A stretch of 64,000 bases of DNA from a virus (lineage: Duplodnaviria > Caudoviricetes), in IMG/VR virus record IMGVR_UViG_2808606779_000004, positions 688 to 64,687 of that record; one strand, 5' to 3'. Below are positions 1-9,594 of this stretch, piece after piece. Each line of letters starts with the position of its first letter. Position 1 is the first letter of the stretch. The translations under genes and the position numbers were made by a program. The notes below the pieces were generated by a model. That model searched no databases and was not told where the DNA came from. It worked only from the letters and a program-made list of their open reading frames with translations.

Positions 1-417
1 ATTGTCCTGGACGTGCGTTGCGGTGTTCCAGGCAAAGAACACCTGCGCGGGGTGCGTACCAAAGCGCTGTTCGCACACCCGGTCCCAGCCATAGTCAGGA
101 TCGGCAATATAGGAGCAGAACAACCGCAGCCCGTTCTGGTAGCCCCGCACGGTGGACTGCTTGACAGCCTTGATGCTGCGGAGGTCACCGAAAAACTCCT
201 CGACGATGGCCGGCGTCCACGACCAAGGGAACTCGTTGGTGTCGGCGATGAAGCGGCGGACGAGTGCGATCCGACCGGCGATCGTGTCGTGATCGAGGTT
301 TCGACATAGTTGCTGGTTGCGCCACCCATCCAGCATCTCGTCGACGGTTTGGACCTCGGGATGCAGCAGGGGGACCGAGCCGACGAGGTACACGCGACCG
401 CTCTTATCGACAGGCAA
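1..417 (-). CDS. Tyrosine recombinase/integrase, N-terminal part (runs off the window; absent from the ORF track)
   Basis: Open frame from TTG at 417, GGAGG 5 nt upstream: LPVDKSGRVYLVGSVPLLHPEVQTVDEMLDGWRNQQLCRNL...FPWSWTP...FGTHPAQV..WNTATHVQ. Recognised from memory as an actinobacterial XerC/D-like integrase N-terminus; catalytic residues not visible. Confidence 0.75.
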   Translation of the reverse strand, partial: MPVDKSGRVYLVGSVPLLHPEVQTVDEMLDGWRNQQLCRNLDHDTIAGRIALVRRFIADTNEFPWSWTPAIVEEFFGDLRSIKAVKQSTVRGYQNGLRLFCSYIADPDYGWDRVCEQRFGTHPAQVFFAWNTATHVQDN

Positions 418-435
418 ACCGGCCTCCAGGCTGTC

Positions 436-471
436 TCATCTGATGCATCATTGAATCATCTAATGAATCAT
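436..471. repeat. Two direct 16-bp repeats, TCATCTGATGCATCAT (436-451) and TCATCTAATGAATCAT (456-471), upstream of the recombinase
   Basis: Read directly; 14/16 identity, 20-bp period. Confidence 0.85.
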
Positions 472-543
472 TACCACATCGGTGCAGGTAGAGCCATCGC
501 TTCCAGGAGGCTTTTATCAGCGCGTCGAGGCGACCCCGCGCAA

Positions 544-1743
544 CTACCGGCGTAGCAGGCCCGTCGTGTTGACCCACAACTTCAGTGGGCCAACGACTTT
601 CGCCTGGAATCCCCGGAATGACGGCGCCCATGCCAATCGGGGCGATCGGGCCGGAAATGATTCATCTGATGAAAACGGAGACTTTGCCGTCGCATAGGTG
701 TAGTTACCGGAACCGCCCTGGCGGTACAGGATCACGTAGATGTCGATCGCCATGTCCTTCGGGATTCGGCCCACCGCAGACTCCGGCGACACCGCACGCG
801 ACGGGTTCGACGTGTCCGACCAGTGATCGCGGATGTGAGCGATCGTCTCGGCGTCCAGGGTCGACGGATCGTAGAGCGCCTTGCCGATGAGCTGGCCGGT
901 CTCGGGGGCGTCGTCGCTGCCCGATTCCAGATAGCGGACCTCGACACAGATCTGAGCTGAGTTGAACAGGCCGGACCGCTTCCAGCGGACGTGGCCGCCG
1001 ACCTTCGGGTAGTAGGCGATTGGCTGCGCGACGATGGTCGGCCCGGCGATCACTGTCCGCGACGAGCTGAACGTGCCTGCGGGGCCGAAGCTGCCCTCAG
1101 GGATGGTGATGTACTTGACGGTCTGTTGCGACGCATCACCGGGCACCCAGCGGCCATCACCGCCGGCGGCCGAGGCGTCCCACAGGATCGTCTGTCCGTC
1201 GAGCGGTTCGCCTTGGAAGTCCAGCGATTCCGAGATCCGGCTGTTGTCGCCCTGCGGGCCAGGAATGCCGGGGATCAGCAGGTGGAACGACGGCGCTTCG
1301 TCGGTGCCGCCCGCCTGAACGGTGATCGTGCCGTACGGCGATCCGCCGGTCATCTCGACCTGTTCGGCGGTCATCGACAGGACCGGCGTCAGCCCCGGCG
1401 GGCCGGGGATCGCGCCCAGAATGACCTGCCAGTTGTCGCCGTCCCAGATGTGCCAGAAGCCCGCGATGTACCAGGCGCGGCCGGCGTCCGCCTCGCCGAG
1501 CGAGTCTGGCAAGTCCGCGGGGTTGGTGATCGTGGATTGCCACTCCGGCCGCCAGAACGGCGCAGGCAGCCCGCGGGGCCCGGTCGGGCCGATGAGTGCA
1601 TCCAGTGTCAACGCCGCTTCGTCAGGCATCAGCGTCAGCGTCCCGGCGATCATCTGCGGATCGCCCGGGTTGCGCGGCATCGCGTAGAACTTGATGTAGC
1701 AGTACCGTCCGCCGATCGGCACCGGCTCGGCTGCGATGGTCAT
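544..1743 (-). CDS. Minor tail protein (collagen-like GPxG repeats); last ~45-50 codons probably read into inserted DNA
   Basis: MTIAAEP start, GPTGPRG/GPPG/GPQG repeats, position after tail-tip genes; character changes after GNYTYA. Confidence 0.8.
   Translation of the reverse strand: MTIAAEPVPIGGRYCYIKFYAMPRNPGDPQMIAGTLTLMPDEAALTLDALIGPTGPRGLPAPFWRPEWQSTITNPADLPDSLGEADAGRAWYIAGFWHIWDGDNWQVILGAIPGPPGLTPVLSMTAEQVEMTGGSPYGTITVQAGGTDEAPSFHLLIPGIPGPQGDNSRISESLDFQGEPLDGQTILWDASAAGGDGRWVPGDASQQTVKYITIPEGSFGPAGTFSSSRTVIAGPTIVAQPIAYYPKVGGHVRWKRSGLFNSAQICVEVRYLESGSDDAPETGQLIGKALYDPSTLDAETIAHIRDHWSDTSNPSRAVSPESAVGRIPKDMAIDIYVILYRQGGSGNYTYATAKSPFSSDESFPARSPRLAWAPSFRGFQAKVVGPLKLWVNTTGLLRR
657..672. repeat. 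Third, inverted copy of the 16-bp repeat near the putative element end
   Basis: ATGATTCATCTGATGA; reverse complement TCATCAGATGAATCAT matches both upstream copies at 14/16. Confidence 0.8.
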
Positions 1744-2327
1744 AGCTTGCCTTCCTGTCGAAGTCTTGCGGCTTGCGCCTGAAGTTCTTTCGCCTCGTCG
1801 GTCTGCTCGGTGGCGTGCGAATGGCGGCGCGCGGCCTGGCGGGCTCCGGCGCTGAGTGCTTGGCGGGCGGCCGGCGCGAACATCTCGCGGAATTCCTTTT
1901 GCGCCTCGGGTGTCATCTGCGCCAGCTGGACGTCCATCGCCTGCTTGCGCCGTTTGGCTTCCTCGCGCGCGTCTTCCTTGCGTGCCTTCTCCGTGTCGAA
2001 CGACAGCGGGATCCACTCGACCGCGTCGACCAATCGGCCTTCCCCGTCCGGCAATACCTTTGGCCGGATCAGTGCGAGATCGGGATCGTGGGTGACACCG
2101 GTAAGCACCGCGTGCAGCACCAGCAATTGCAGTGTGGCGTCATCGATTCCGATGACCGTGCCGTCCGTGACTTTCACGGCGTCGCGGAAGTAGCGCATCA
2201 ACTGGTCCTTGCGGGCCAGCGCAGCGTCCCACTCTTCGGTCGTGAATGCGCCCGCGTACGGCGATTGCGCGATCCCTGGTATCGACTGCTGGCGGCGCTG
2301 CCCGCGCAACCGACTTGCCTTGCCCAT
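1740..2327 (-). CDS. Minor tail-region protein (DUF2744-like)
   Basis: Synteny and stop/start overlaps; resembles the mycobacteriophage gene after the tail hub. Confidence 0.65.
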   Translation of the reverse strand: MGKASRLRGQRRQQSIPGIAQSPYAGAFTTEEWDAALARKDQLMRYFRDAVKVTDGTVIGIDDATLQLLVLHAVLTGVTHDPDLALIRPKVLPDGEGRLVDAVEWIPLSFDTEKARKEDAREEAKRRKQAMDVQLAQMTPEAQKEFREMFAPAARQALSAGARQAARRHSHATEQTDEAKELQAQAARLRQEGKL

Positions 2328-4063
2328 CAGAACATCTCCCCGGATCCGGCCAACATCGCGGCGAAGTTGGCGACGTTGCCGATCGAGCGGAAGCCCCGCG
2401 CGATCGGGTTCTCTTCACGACGGTCGTCGCCGAAGCTGATTTGCACATCGCCGGGCAGTTCGCGTGTCCCTTCGGCGCGGGCCGCGAGGATCTGGTCGGT
2501 ATAGAGGACCAGCCGGATCTCGGCCGAGACGCGGTCGCCGAGGGTGTAGTCCTGGCCCCACACATAGGGCCCGTCCCCGACGTCGAACTTCATCGAGGAA
2601 TAGGCGGACATTTCTTCGTCACCGGCGGCCAATCCCTGAATGGCGTTGATGACGTACGCGGTGCCGCTATTCTGCGCAAAGTGCTCGCGGAATGCGTGGC
2701 TACCAGTTTTGGTCGAGCGAATCGGATTCACGTACCGCTGGAAGGCCAGGAAAACGTCATCTAGCTGGCCTTGATACAGATTGTCGAGGCCCGAGGTTCC
2801 GTATTGCTGATACGCGCCGAGGCCATAGTTAATGACCTGCTCCAATTGAGCCAGGCCATAGCGAATAGCGAATGTGATCGCCTGGTTCACCCATTGCGGC
2901 GAGCGTCCACCGACGATTATGTCGGTGGCCTGCGATTTATGAATTACGCGCCGCTTTTTCTTCACATTGCCGTAGCCGACATCGCGGAACACGATCGGCG
3001 GCTGCTTCGGCGCGACCATCAGCAGCTTGCGGAAGAACGGATCCGTCTCGCCGTCGCCGTCCTGGTCGAGCGGAATGATCGTCTCGGTGATCAGGTCGTC
3101 CAGCGTGGCCGCAGCCAGGTTCAGGCCACCGTCCAGAGCGGTACCGGTCGGGCCGGTGACACCGCTCTTGTCCTCGAACGACAGGATGGTGCAAGCCCTT
3201 GTGGGCTTGAGGATTTCGCCGATCTCTGGGCCGAAGAAGTCCGCGTACGGGGCGGGGTCGCCGGGCAGCCACACGTACGCGCGGCAGATCACACCGGCGT
3301 CCTTCATCACCGGCGAGAGCACGCTGTGCGCGTCCTTCCAGCGGGATCCGATGGTGCACCAACGTGATTGGTCCAGCACCGGGTTGATCGGCATCACCTG
3401 GACCGGCCAGTTCAGCGGCGAAATATTCTGCAGCCACGTTTCCGGTGCGAACGGGTTGCGCGGGATCGGGAACCAACCGTTGAGCGTGTAGAGCCGGAAC
3501 AGGTTGATGAAAACGCTGCTCGCGCAGGTGAAAGCGCAGGGCCCACCCCAGAGGTACATCTTCGGCAGCTGCACTTCCATCGGGAAGATGGGGTTGGCAG
3601 CGAGGTAGATTCCCTTCAGGTGCCGCCGCATCGAAATGCACTTGAGCGTCGTCTTCGGCGCTTCGCCGGCGGTCTCGTCGTCCTCGATCGTGAGGACCTT
3701 GCCGCCCCAACGGTTCTTGAAGTCGGTCGGATTGTCCGGGTCCGGGTCGATCGTGATGTGAAGGTCTTCATCGACACCGGTGTCGATTGTGATGATGTCG
3801 CGCAGCCAGTCGAGGTGCTTGCCGGAGAACGACAGCTCGGCGGTGCCGTCCTCGGTGGCCAGTTCCTCCCACATCCACCGGTCGACGTGCGGATCCATCC
3901 GAGTGATGAAGTTGAATTCCTTGTCCCACAAACGGATAAGCGGCTGCTTGACCTTGCGGTTCAGGTAGGAATGGCGACGTTCGAGCAGCTGCATGTAGAC
4001 CTGCTCGGTCAGCTGCCCATCGAGGGTCTTCGGGTCCAGTCCGCGGTCCAGCGTGATCGTCAT
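2327..4063 (-). CDS. Minor tail protein (tail tip/hub)
   Basis: 578 aa, second gene after TMP, P.IRLWDK motif typical of mycobacteriophage minor tails. Confidence 0.85.
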   Translation of the reverse strand: MTITLDRGLDPKTLDGQLTEQVYMQLLERRHSYLNRKVKQPLIRLWDKEFNFITRMDPHVDRWMWEELATEDGTAELSFSGKHLDWLRDIITIDTGVDEDLHITIDPDPDNPTDFKNRWGGKVLTIEDDETAGEAPKTTLKCISMRRHLKGIYLAANPIFPMEVQLPKMYLWGGPCAFTCASSVFINLFRLYTLNGWFPIPRNPFAPETWLQNISPLNWPVQVMPINPVLDQSRWCTIGSRWKDAHSVLSPVMKDAGVICRAYVWLPGDPAPYADFFGPEIGEILKPTRACTILSFEDKSGVTGPTGTALDGGLNLAAATLDDLITETIIPLDQDGDGETDPFFRKLLMVAPKQPPIVFRDVGYGNVKKKRRVIHKSQATDIIVGGRSPQWVNQAITFAIRYGLAQLEQVINYGLGAYQQYGTSGLDNLYQGQLDDVFLAFQRYVNPIRSTKTGSHAFREHFAQNSGTAYVINAIQGLAAGDEEMSAYSSMKFDVGDGPYVWGQDYTLGDRVSAEIRLVLYTDQILAARAEGTRELPGDVQISFGDDRREENPIARGFRSIGNVANFAAMLAGSGEMF

Positions 4064-5169
4064 CAGGCGACCGCCATCTCGAACCGCTGCGGGACCTGGA
4101 CGTAGATCTTCCCGCCCACCGTCGAGTGCTTGATCGGCAGCGTCGCCGAGGACCGCGGCGGGATCGGCACCGTGAAGCCCTGGCCCTTGAACCGTTGCAG
4201 CAGAGGAATACCGGTGTTCCCGTACTCGCCGACGATCCAGTTCAGAAGCTCGCTGTTCCGGATGAACTTCTTCACGAGGTTGTCGACCGGATCCTTCGTC
4301 GTGATCGCCATCCGGTGCGACGGATCCGTGTCGATGATCGCGTGCTCACCCGGCGCCAACTCGGGGATCTCCACCATGTTCGTGTCAGTGCGCTTGCGGG
4401 TCAGCGTGCCGAGCAAGTCATCGATGAACGGGATCCCGAACAGCCGGCCGAGCTGCGGCCAGTCCGACAAGATGCCCGATTCGACTGTCGGCGTGGTGAA
4501 TGCGTTCGGCCCGTCCGGCAGCCACACCTTGCCCGGCGCGCTGATGACGTAGATCGGCCAGGCCGGTTCAGTGCCGCGGTTGACCGCGCGCAGCACACCA
4601 TCGGCCTTCGGGCCGACCGGGCGGACGAACGGGCCCGGGCGGACGTCGGGCCGGCGCCAGCACGGATCGCCGTCGACCGCGAGGACCACATCGTGAATCG
4701 AGAACCGTTGCCGCGCCGGATCGTCGGCGAGCGTGCACTTCGCGTCGAGCAACTGCATCGGAATGTAGAGCTCGCCGAACCGGCGCGTCGTCACGGTGAA
4801 GAACCCGGTCTCATCCTTTTTGCAGCCGCGCCACCACCGCGAGCCAGTGTCGTACCAGCCCAGCGACGAGTCCGACATCAGGCCGAGCGGAAACGCGATC
4901 TCTTTGCGGCCACGGATCGCCCGCTGGAATCGCGGTGGCCCGTATGCGGGTTTCGTCCAGACCGAGTCGAACGGAATATGGACCAGGCCCTCGATGTCGC
5001 CGGCGATGAACGCGCCCTCGACACCGCCTTCGAGTCCGGCCAGCGGCCACACCTTGCCGTCGCTGCCGATCCACTTCAGCGTGATTGCTTCGTCGCGGAT
5101 CTCGGCGGGCAGGCTCGACCACGGATGTAGATCGGGCCGCGGGAATCCCGGCGCTTCAATGGTTGTCAT
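4063..5169 (-). CDS. Minor tail protein (distal tail, Dit-like)
   Basis: 368 aa directly after TMP; N.G...AWP motif. Confidence 0.8.
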   Translation of the reverse strand: MTTIEAPGFPRPDLHPWSSLPAEIRDEAITLKWIGSDGKVWPLAGLEGGVEGAFIAGDIEGLVHIPFDSVWTKPAYGPPRFQRAIRGRKEIAFPLGLMSDSSLGWYDTGSRWWRGCKKDETGFFTVTTRRFGELYIPMQLLDAKCTLADDPARQRFSIHDVVLAVDGDPCWRRPDVRPGPFVRPVGPKADGVLRAVNRGTEPAWPIYVISAPGKVWLPDGPNAFTTPTVESGILSDWPQLGRLFGIPFIDDLLGTLTRKRTDTNMVEIPELAPGEHAIIDTDPSHRMAITTKDPVDNLVKKFIRNSELLNWIVGEYGNTGIPLLQRFKGQGFTVPIPPRSSATLPIKHSTVGGKIYVQVPQRFEMAVA

Positions 5170-5174
5170 CGCGG

Positions 5175-8100
5175 CTACCCCGTTCCCTTAGGCGCGTAGC
5201 TCATGACGCGGTCGGCGTTGAAGATCTGGCGGCGGACGTTGTCGGCGACCTTGTTCTCATCGACGCCGTTGACGGTCACTGCGACGTGGCGGGACTGGTC
5301 GATAGGGCCGGGCGCCGGGCCGCCGCCGATGCCGGACGCGGGGGAGCCCGGTGGGGCGGCGCCTGGCTGCTGCTGGCCGGCGAAGTCGAACGGAGACGGC
5401 ACCATCCCGAACGGAAGACCGCTGGCGGACTGCGGAACCTGCACCGGGGCCCCGGGTGTCCAGCCGGGCTGCTGGATACCGAGGCCGCCTTCCGCGGCGC
5501 CGAGGATCGGGCCCTTGAACGCGGACAGCAGACCGCCGGCCAGCTTCACCGGCGCCAGCTCGGCCAGGTCCGGGAACAGGCTGCCGTCGAACCCGAACGT
5601 CTCCTTCAGGAACGATCCGAAGATGCCGCCAACCTCGCTGAGATCACCGTTCTTCCCGCCCTGCTGCTTGGCCTTCTTCGCGGCGGTGAACTTGCCCTGG
5701 CGCGCTTCCTCGGCGTCCTGGATCGCCCACTGAGCGTCTTCGCGGGCCCGGCGGGCTGCTTTCTCGGCGTTGGCGATCTCACGGTCAGCTGCGGCGCGAT
5801 CCTCGGCGGTGACGTTGATCTCGTCTTCCAGGTCGGCGCGCTTCTGCTTCGCTTCCAGGATCCGCTGATCGGCGTCGGCGATCGCCTGCTGTGTGTCCTC
5901 GGCCCGGCGCTGCGCCTGCGCGACCTGTCGCGGATCGACCTCGTAGTAGCCGGGCTCGCCGAGCTCGTTGTAACCCGGCGTTCCCGTCCCGGGCTTGTAT
6001 CCGGTGCCGAATGCGTTGACCAGCGAGACGGGTCCGCTCTGGTTGATGCCGGTCGGGACACCGCCGCCCCCGGCGAGAGCTTGCTCGAACGCCGCCGCCA
6101 TCCCGTCCTTCACGGCGACGTGGACGTGGTTCTGGTGCTCGCTCATCGTCTTGTTGCCGTAGTCGAACGGGCCGCCCGCGTTCAGGCTCACCCCGGGGAC
6201 CGAGGGGTCGGAGTAGATGAGCTCTTGCAGGTACTGGCCGAAGTTCTGGTTCAGCCATGCCGCGAATTCGGCCTGCTGCGGGCTGTTTCCCGACGAGTTG
6301 GAGAAGTCGCCAGCCTCGCCGGTCAGATGGAAGCTCTTGCCGGAAGCTGTTCCCGCCCAGTCGCGTTTGCCGGATGTCAGGTCGAGACCGAACCGATCCT
6401 TGGCGATCTGAGCGAGCAGGCTGATCTGCGGGTTCGTGCCCTGCACGGATGGCACGCTGCCGGTGGGCACTGCGACCGGGCCCGGAGCCGCGGCGCCGCG
6501 GGGCGTGTTCACGGTGACGCCGGGAACCATGCCCTTGGTGATGGCTTCCCACGCGCCGAGCCCTTGCGGCTTGGTGCCCTGGTATCCGGTGAAGGCGATC
6601 CGCTCGGCGACGGCGATCTGTTGTTCCTTGCTCGCCAGGTTCGCCGTTGGCGCGAACTCGGTACCGCCGAACGACTTCCATGTGCCATCAGTGATCTGAA
6701 GACCACCTCGCGGCGCTCCGGATGAGGTCGTGTGTCCGCCGGAGTTGTTGTCGTCCCACCGGCCGCTCGATTCGGCCTGCGCGACCGCGTCCCAGTTGAA
6801 CGTGCTCGAACTGCGCGTACCCGCGCTCGGTGCGCCTGCCGGCGCGGTCAGTGCCGGAATGCCGAGCGTCGCCGACTGGCCCGCGTGGATCGGATTGCCC
6901 GCCGCGTCAGTCAGATTGACAACAACGTCTTTGCGATCCGGAAGCCCGTCCAGTTCGTTTCTGAGACCCTTGGTCCCGTCCTTGGCGTCGCCGGTCTGGT
7001 CCCTGAGATCGCGGAGCGACTGCTTCCAGTCGTCCATCTTCTCGGAGTTGGCAATCATGTCGTTGCCGAGCTTCTGAATGCCCTCGCCCCAGCTGAAATA
7101 CTCCTCAGCCTCGGCGCGCAGCTGCTCGGCCTGATCGTGGTCGCCGCGGATGTCGGCTTGCCACGCTTGGAATTTCGTTACCGCGCCCTGGATGTTGCCG
7201 ATCCCGCCGGCCAACTGTCCGACAGCAACGACGATGTTGCCGGTCGACTTCACTACGTCCTGGGACACCGAGATCGCCGCGATACCAAGGTTTATGAACG
7301 TGTCGGCGATGTCGTCTTCGTGCTGCTTGACCCAATCGGCAGCCTGTTTCATGCCGGGCCCGAACGCCTCGGCCAGCTTGTCCTGAACCGCGTCGAGGCT
7401 GACTTCGATCGAACGACGCGCTTCCTCAAACGAATTCGCGACGTTGTCGTTCATCGTGTCGGCGGCGTCCTGCGCAGCACCATCGACATTGCCCAGCTGC
7501 GTGACCGCGTTCGACAGGTCCATCTCGTTGAACGCGCCACCGAGATCCTCGGCCTGAGTACCGAATAGCGACACGGCGATCTGCGACTGCTTCAGAGGAT
7601 CCCGGATCGACCCGATCGCGTCGAGGATCTGCCGGAACGCTTCACGCGCGACCGGGCCGCCCTCCGCGAACCGCTCGCTCATGTCCTTCGCGCTGAACCC
7701 GAGATCGCGGTACGCCTGCATCGTGGTCTTCGACCCGTCGACCGCGCGGATCGCGAATTCCTTGATCGCGTCCGCGGCTTTGTCTGAGTTCTGCGCACCA
7801 CCCTTAAGTGCCTGCGACAGCAGCCCAAGCGTTTCCTGGCCAGAGAGCCCGAGTCTTTGGAACTCGACAGGGTATTCACCGAACGTGTCGAGCAGGTCGT
7901 TCGCGACGTTCACGCCCCGCTGCTCGCCCTTAACGAGTAGGTCGAACGCCTGATCTGCGTTGTCGACCAGGCCCGTCTTGACCATCTGACCGGCGGCGTG
8001 AGCCGCACTGGGGATCTCTTCCCCGATGATCTGGGATACCGCGGTGAGTTGTTCGATTACGTGCTGCGTTCGAGGGTCGTCAGCGCCGGCAAGAAGATCG

Positions 8101-8894
8101 TTGTTGATGGCGGACTTCGCTGTCACCAAGTTGTCTTGGGGGGACGCGCCGAAGTTGTCGGCATACGCCTTGCTCGCAGACTTGGCCAGCTGCGCCATCG
8201 AGGCCGCGTCCAAGCCCAGCTGCGCCTGGACAAGATCGCGCCCGGGCTCGCGCTCGATCCCCGCCATGACGTTCTTCATCAGCAGGCCACCGCCGACCAG
8301 GCCGGCTGCCGACAGCGCCAAACCGATAGGCCCACCGGCCGATCCGAGTCGCAGCAGTGCCGACGAACCGGCGAAGCCTTCAGCGAAGCTGGCCGCCGCT
8401 TCCGACCCGGCCGACCCTGCGCCTGCCATGCCGCCGCGCAGCCCCGCGAGGAACCCTGTTCCGCTGCTACGGCCGGCGTTCTCTTGCTCGTTGGCCAGCC
8501 GCTTCTGCGCGTCGGTCAGCGACTCGGTTTCGCGCTCGATCTCGCGCAGCGCCGACAACTGCGCGCGGTGCGCCGCGTTGCGTTGCGCCTCAGCCCGTTT
8601 GAGTGCGGATCCGCCCTTTTCGCGGACCTCTTCGACGCGGGCCTCGGCCGCCGCCAGCTTGTCCGCCGCGCCGGCTTCTTTGTCGCGAAGCTTCGCGATG
8701 TTGTCCGACGACTTCTTGATCGCGGCCTCGGCCTCGGCGACACCGTCACGAACCCCACCGGAAAGCGCTTGCGAAGCCTGCTTGGACAGGCCCGCGAACT
8801 GCTTTCCGAGCCTGCGATCGATCTCCGGGCCGATACCTTCGATGCTCGGGATGATCGGCAAAACGTAGCGGCCTACCTCTTGGCTGTCGGCCAT
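5175..8894 (-). CDS. Tape measure protein with Rpf-like transglycosylase and M15-like peptidase motifs
   Basis: 1239 aa, Ala/Gly-rich helical; NWDAVAQAESSGRW...GGLQI...TW (Rpf); FHLTGEAGD...HQNHVHVAV (peptidase-like). Confidence 0.95.
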   Translation of the reverse strand: MADSQEVGRYVLPIIPSIEGIGPEIDRRLGKQFAGLSKQASQALSGGVRDGVAEAEAAIKKSSDNIAKLRDKEAGAADKLAAAEARVEEVREKGGSALKRAEAQRNAAHRAQLSALREIERETESLTDAQKRLANEQENAGRSSGTGFLAGLRGGMAGAGSAGSEAAASFAEGFAGSSALLRLGSAGGPIGLALSAAGLVGGGLLMKNVMAGIEREPGRDLVQAQLGLDAASMAQLAKSASKAYADNFGASPQDNLVTAKSAINNDLLAGADDPRTQHVIEQLTAVSQIIGEEIPSAAHAAGQMVKTGLVDNADQAFDLLVKGEQRGVNVANDLLDTFGEYPVEFQRLGLSGQETLGLLSQALKGGAQNSDKAADAIKEFAIRAVDGSKTTMQAYRDLGFSAKDMSERFAEGGPVAREAFRQILDAIGSIRDPLKQSQIAVSLFGTQAEDLGGAFNEMDLSNAVTQLGNVDGAAQDAADTMNDNVANSFEEARRSIEVSLDAVQDKLAEAFGPGMKQAADWVKQHEDDIADTFINLGIAAISVSQDVVKSTGNIVVAVGQLAGGIGNIQGAVTKFQAWQADIRGDHDQAEQLRAEAEEYFSWGEGIQKLGNDMIANSEKMDDWKQSLRDLRDQTGDAKDGTKGLRNELDGLPDRKDVVVNLTDAAGNPIHAGQSATLGIPALTAPAGAPSAGTRSSSTFNWDAVAQAESSGRWDDNNSGGHTTSSGAPRGGLQITDGTWKSFGGTEFAPTANLASKEQQIAVAERIAFTGYQGTKPQGLGAWEAITKGMVPGVTVNTPRGAAAPGPVAVPTGSVPSVQGTNPQISLLAQIAKDRFGLDLTSGKRDWAGTASGKSFHLTGEAGDFSNSSGNSPQQAEFAAWLNQNFGQYLQELIYSDPSVPGVSLNAGGPFDYGNKTMSEHQNHVHVAVKDGMAAAFEQALAGGGGVPTGINQSGPVSLVNAFGTGYKPGTGTPGYNELGEPGYYEVDPRQVAQAQRRAEDTQQAIADADQRILEAKQKRADLEDEINVTAEDRAAADREIANAEKAARRAREDAQWAIQDAEEARQGKFTAAKKAKQQGGKNGDLSEVGGIFGSFLKETFGFDGSLFPDLAELAPVKLAGGLLSAFKGPILGAAEGGLGIQQPGWTPGAPVQVPQSASGLPFGMVPSPFDFAGQQQPGAAPPGSPASGIGGGPAPGPIDQSRHVAVTVNGVDENKVADNVRRQIFNADRVMSYAPKGTG

Positions 8895-9592
8895 TACTTC
8901 ACCGCCTTAAGATGGCGCTGGCGGCTCGCGTTGGCTATCAGGTATTTCTTGGCGTTTTCGAGCCGGTCGACACTGTCGCGCGCGTGGCCGAGAAGTAGGT
9001 TGCATTCCTGACACAGCAAACCCCGTACGCATTCGCCGCAAGATCCGATGCCGGGACAGCAGGCGTGATCGTGGTCGATGAACCAGCCGCGTGGGCCGGG
9101 TTCCTCCGTGGCGCAGATGCCACAGGCTCCGCGCTGAAGAATCAGCAGTTCATCGAACTGAGCCTGAGTCAGGTTGTACAGCTTCAGCTTCCGCTCGCGG
9201 CCATACCCACTCCGGTCGCGCCTGTCCGGTTTGCAGTCGACACACACCGGCTTGCCGACCTTGGCGACATCCAGAGACCCGCACGCGCAGCGTCGGGGAG
9301 CTCGTCGCGCCTCACGAATCGCCGCGTGCGCGTTGGCCCTACACCGTTCCGTGCAGTACTTCCGGCGTGTCCCTGGTCGCGCGGTGAACGTGAACTCGGT
9401 GTCGCAGTGCGGGCATGTCTTGGTGAGAGTCTGAGGCCGACGATCGCGGCGGGGGCGTGCCCGGTCGATCTCCCGTAGGCATTCCGAGCAGCGCCAGGAC
9501 AGACCGTCCGGGCTGGCATTGTCGCGCCCGAACTCGCTGACGGGCTTGGATTCCCGGCAGCGAGTACAGGTCTTGACGACGTCTACGGACAC
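8894..9592 (-). CDS. Endonuclease VII-family HNH endonuclease with N-terminal Zn fingers
   Basis: CGIC...IDHDHACC...C..CVRGLLCQECNLLLG motif. Confidence 0.85.
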   Translation of the reverse strand: MSVDVVKTCTRCRESKPVSEFGRDNASPDGLSWRCSECLREIDRARPRRDRRPQTLTKTCPHCDTEFTFTARPGTRRKYCTERCRANAHAAIREARRAPRRCACGSLDVAKVGKPVCVDCKPDRRDRSGYGRERKLKLYNLTQAQFDELLILQRGACGICATEEPGPRGWFIDHDHACCPGIGSCGECVRGLLCQECNLLLGHARDSVDRLENAKKYLIANASRQRHLKAVK

Positions 9593-9594
9593 GG

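Noticed and set aside
13-555. Plus-strand ORFs 13-309 and 310-555
   Set aside because: Shadows of the minus-strand recombinase ORF and its repeat-containing upstream region; no recognisable motifs.
5085-6725. Long antisense ORFs (also 60404-62161, 20662-21750 and many others)
   Set aside because: Expected stop-poor shadow frames of high-GC genes on the opposite strand.
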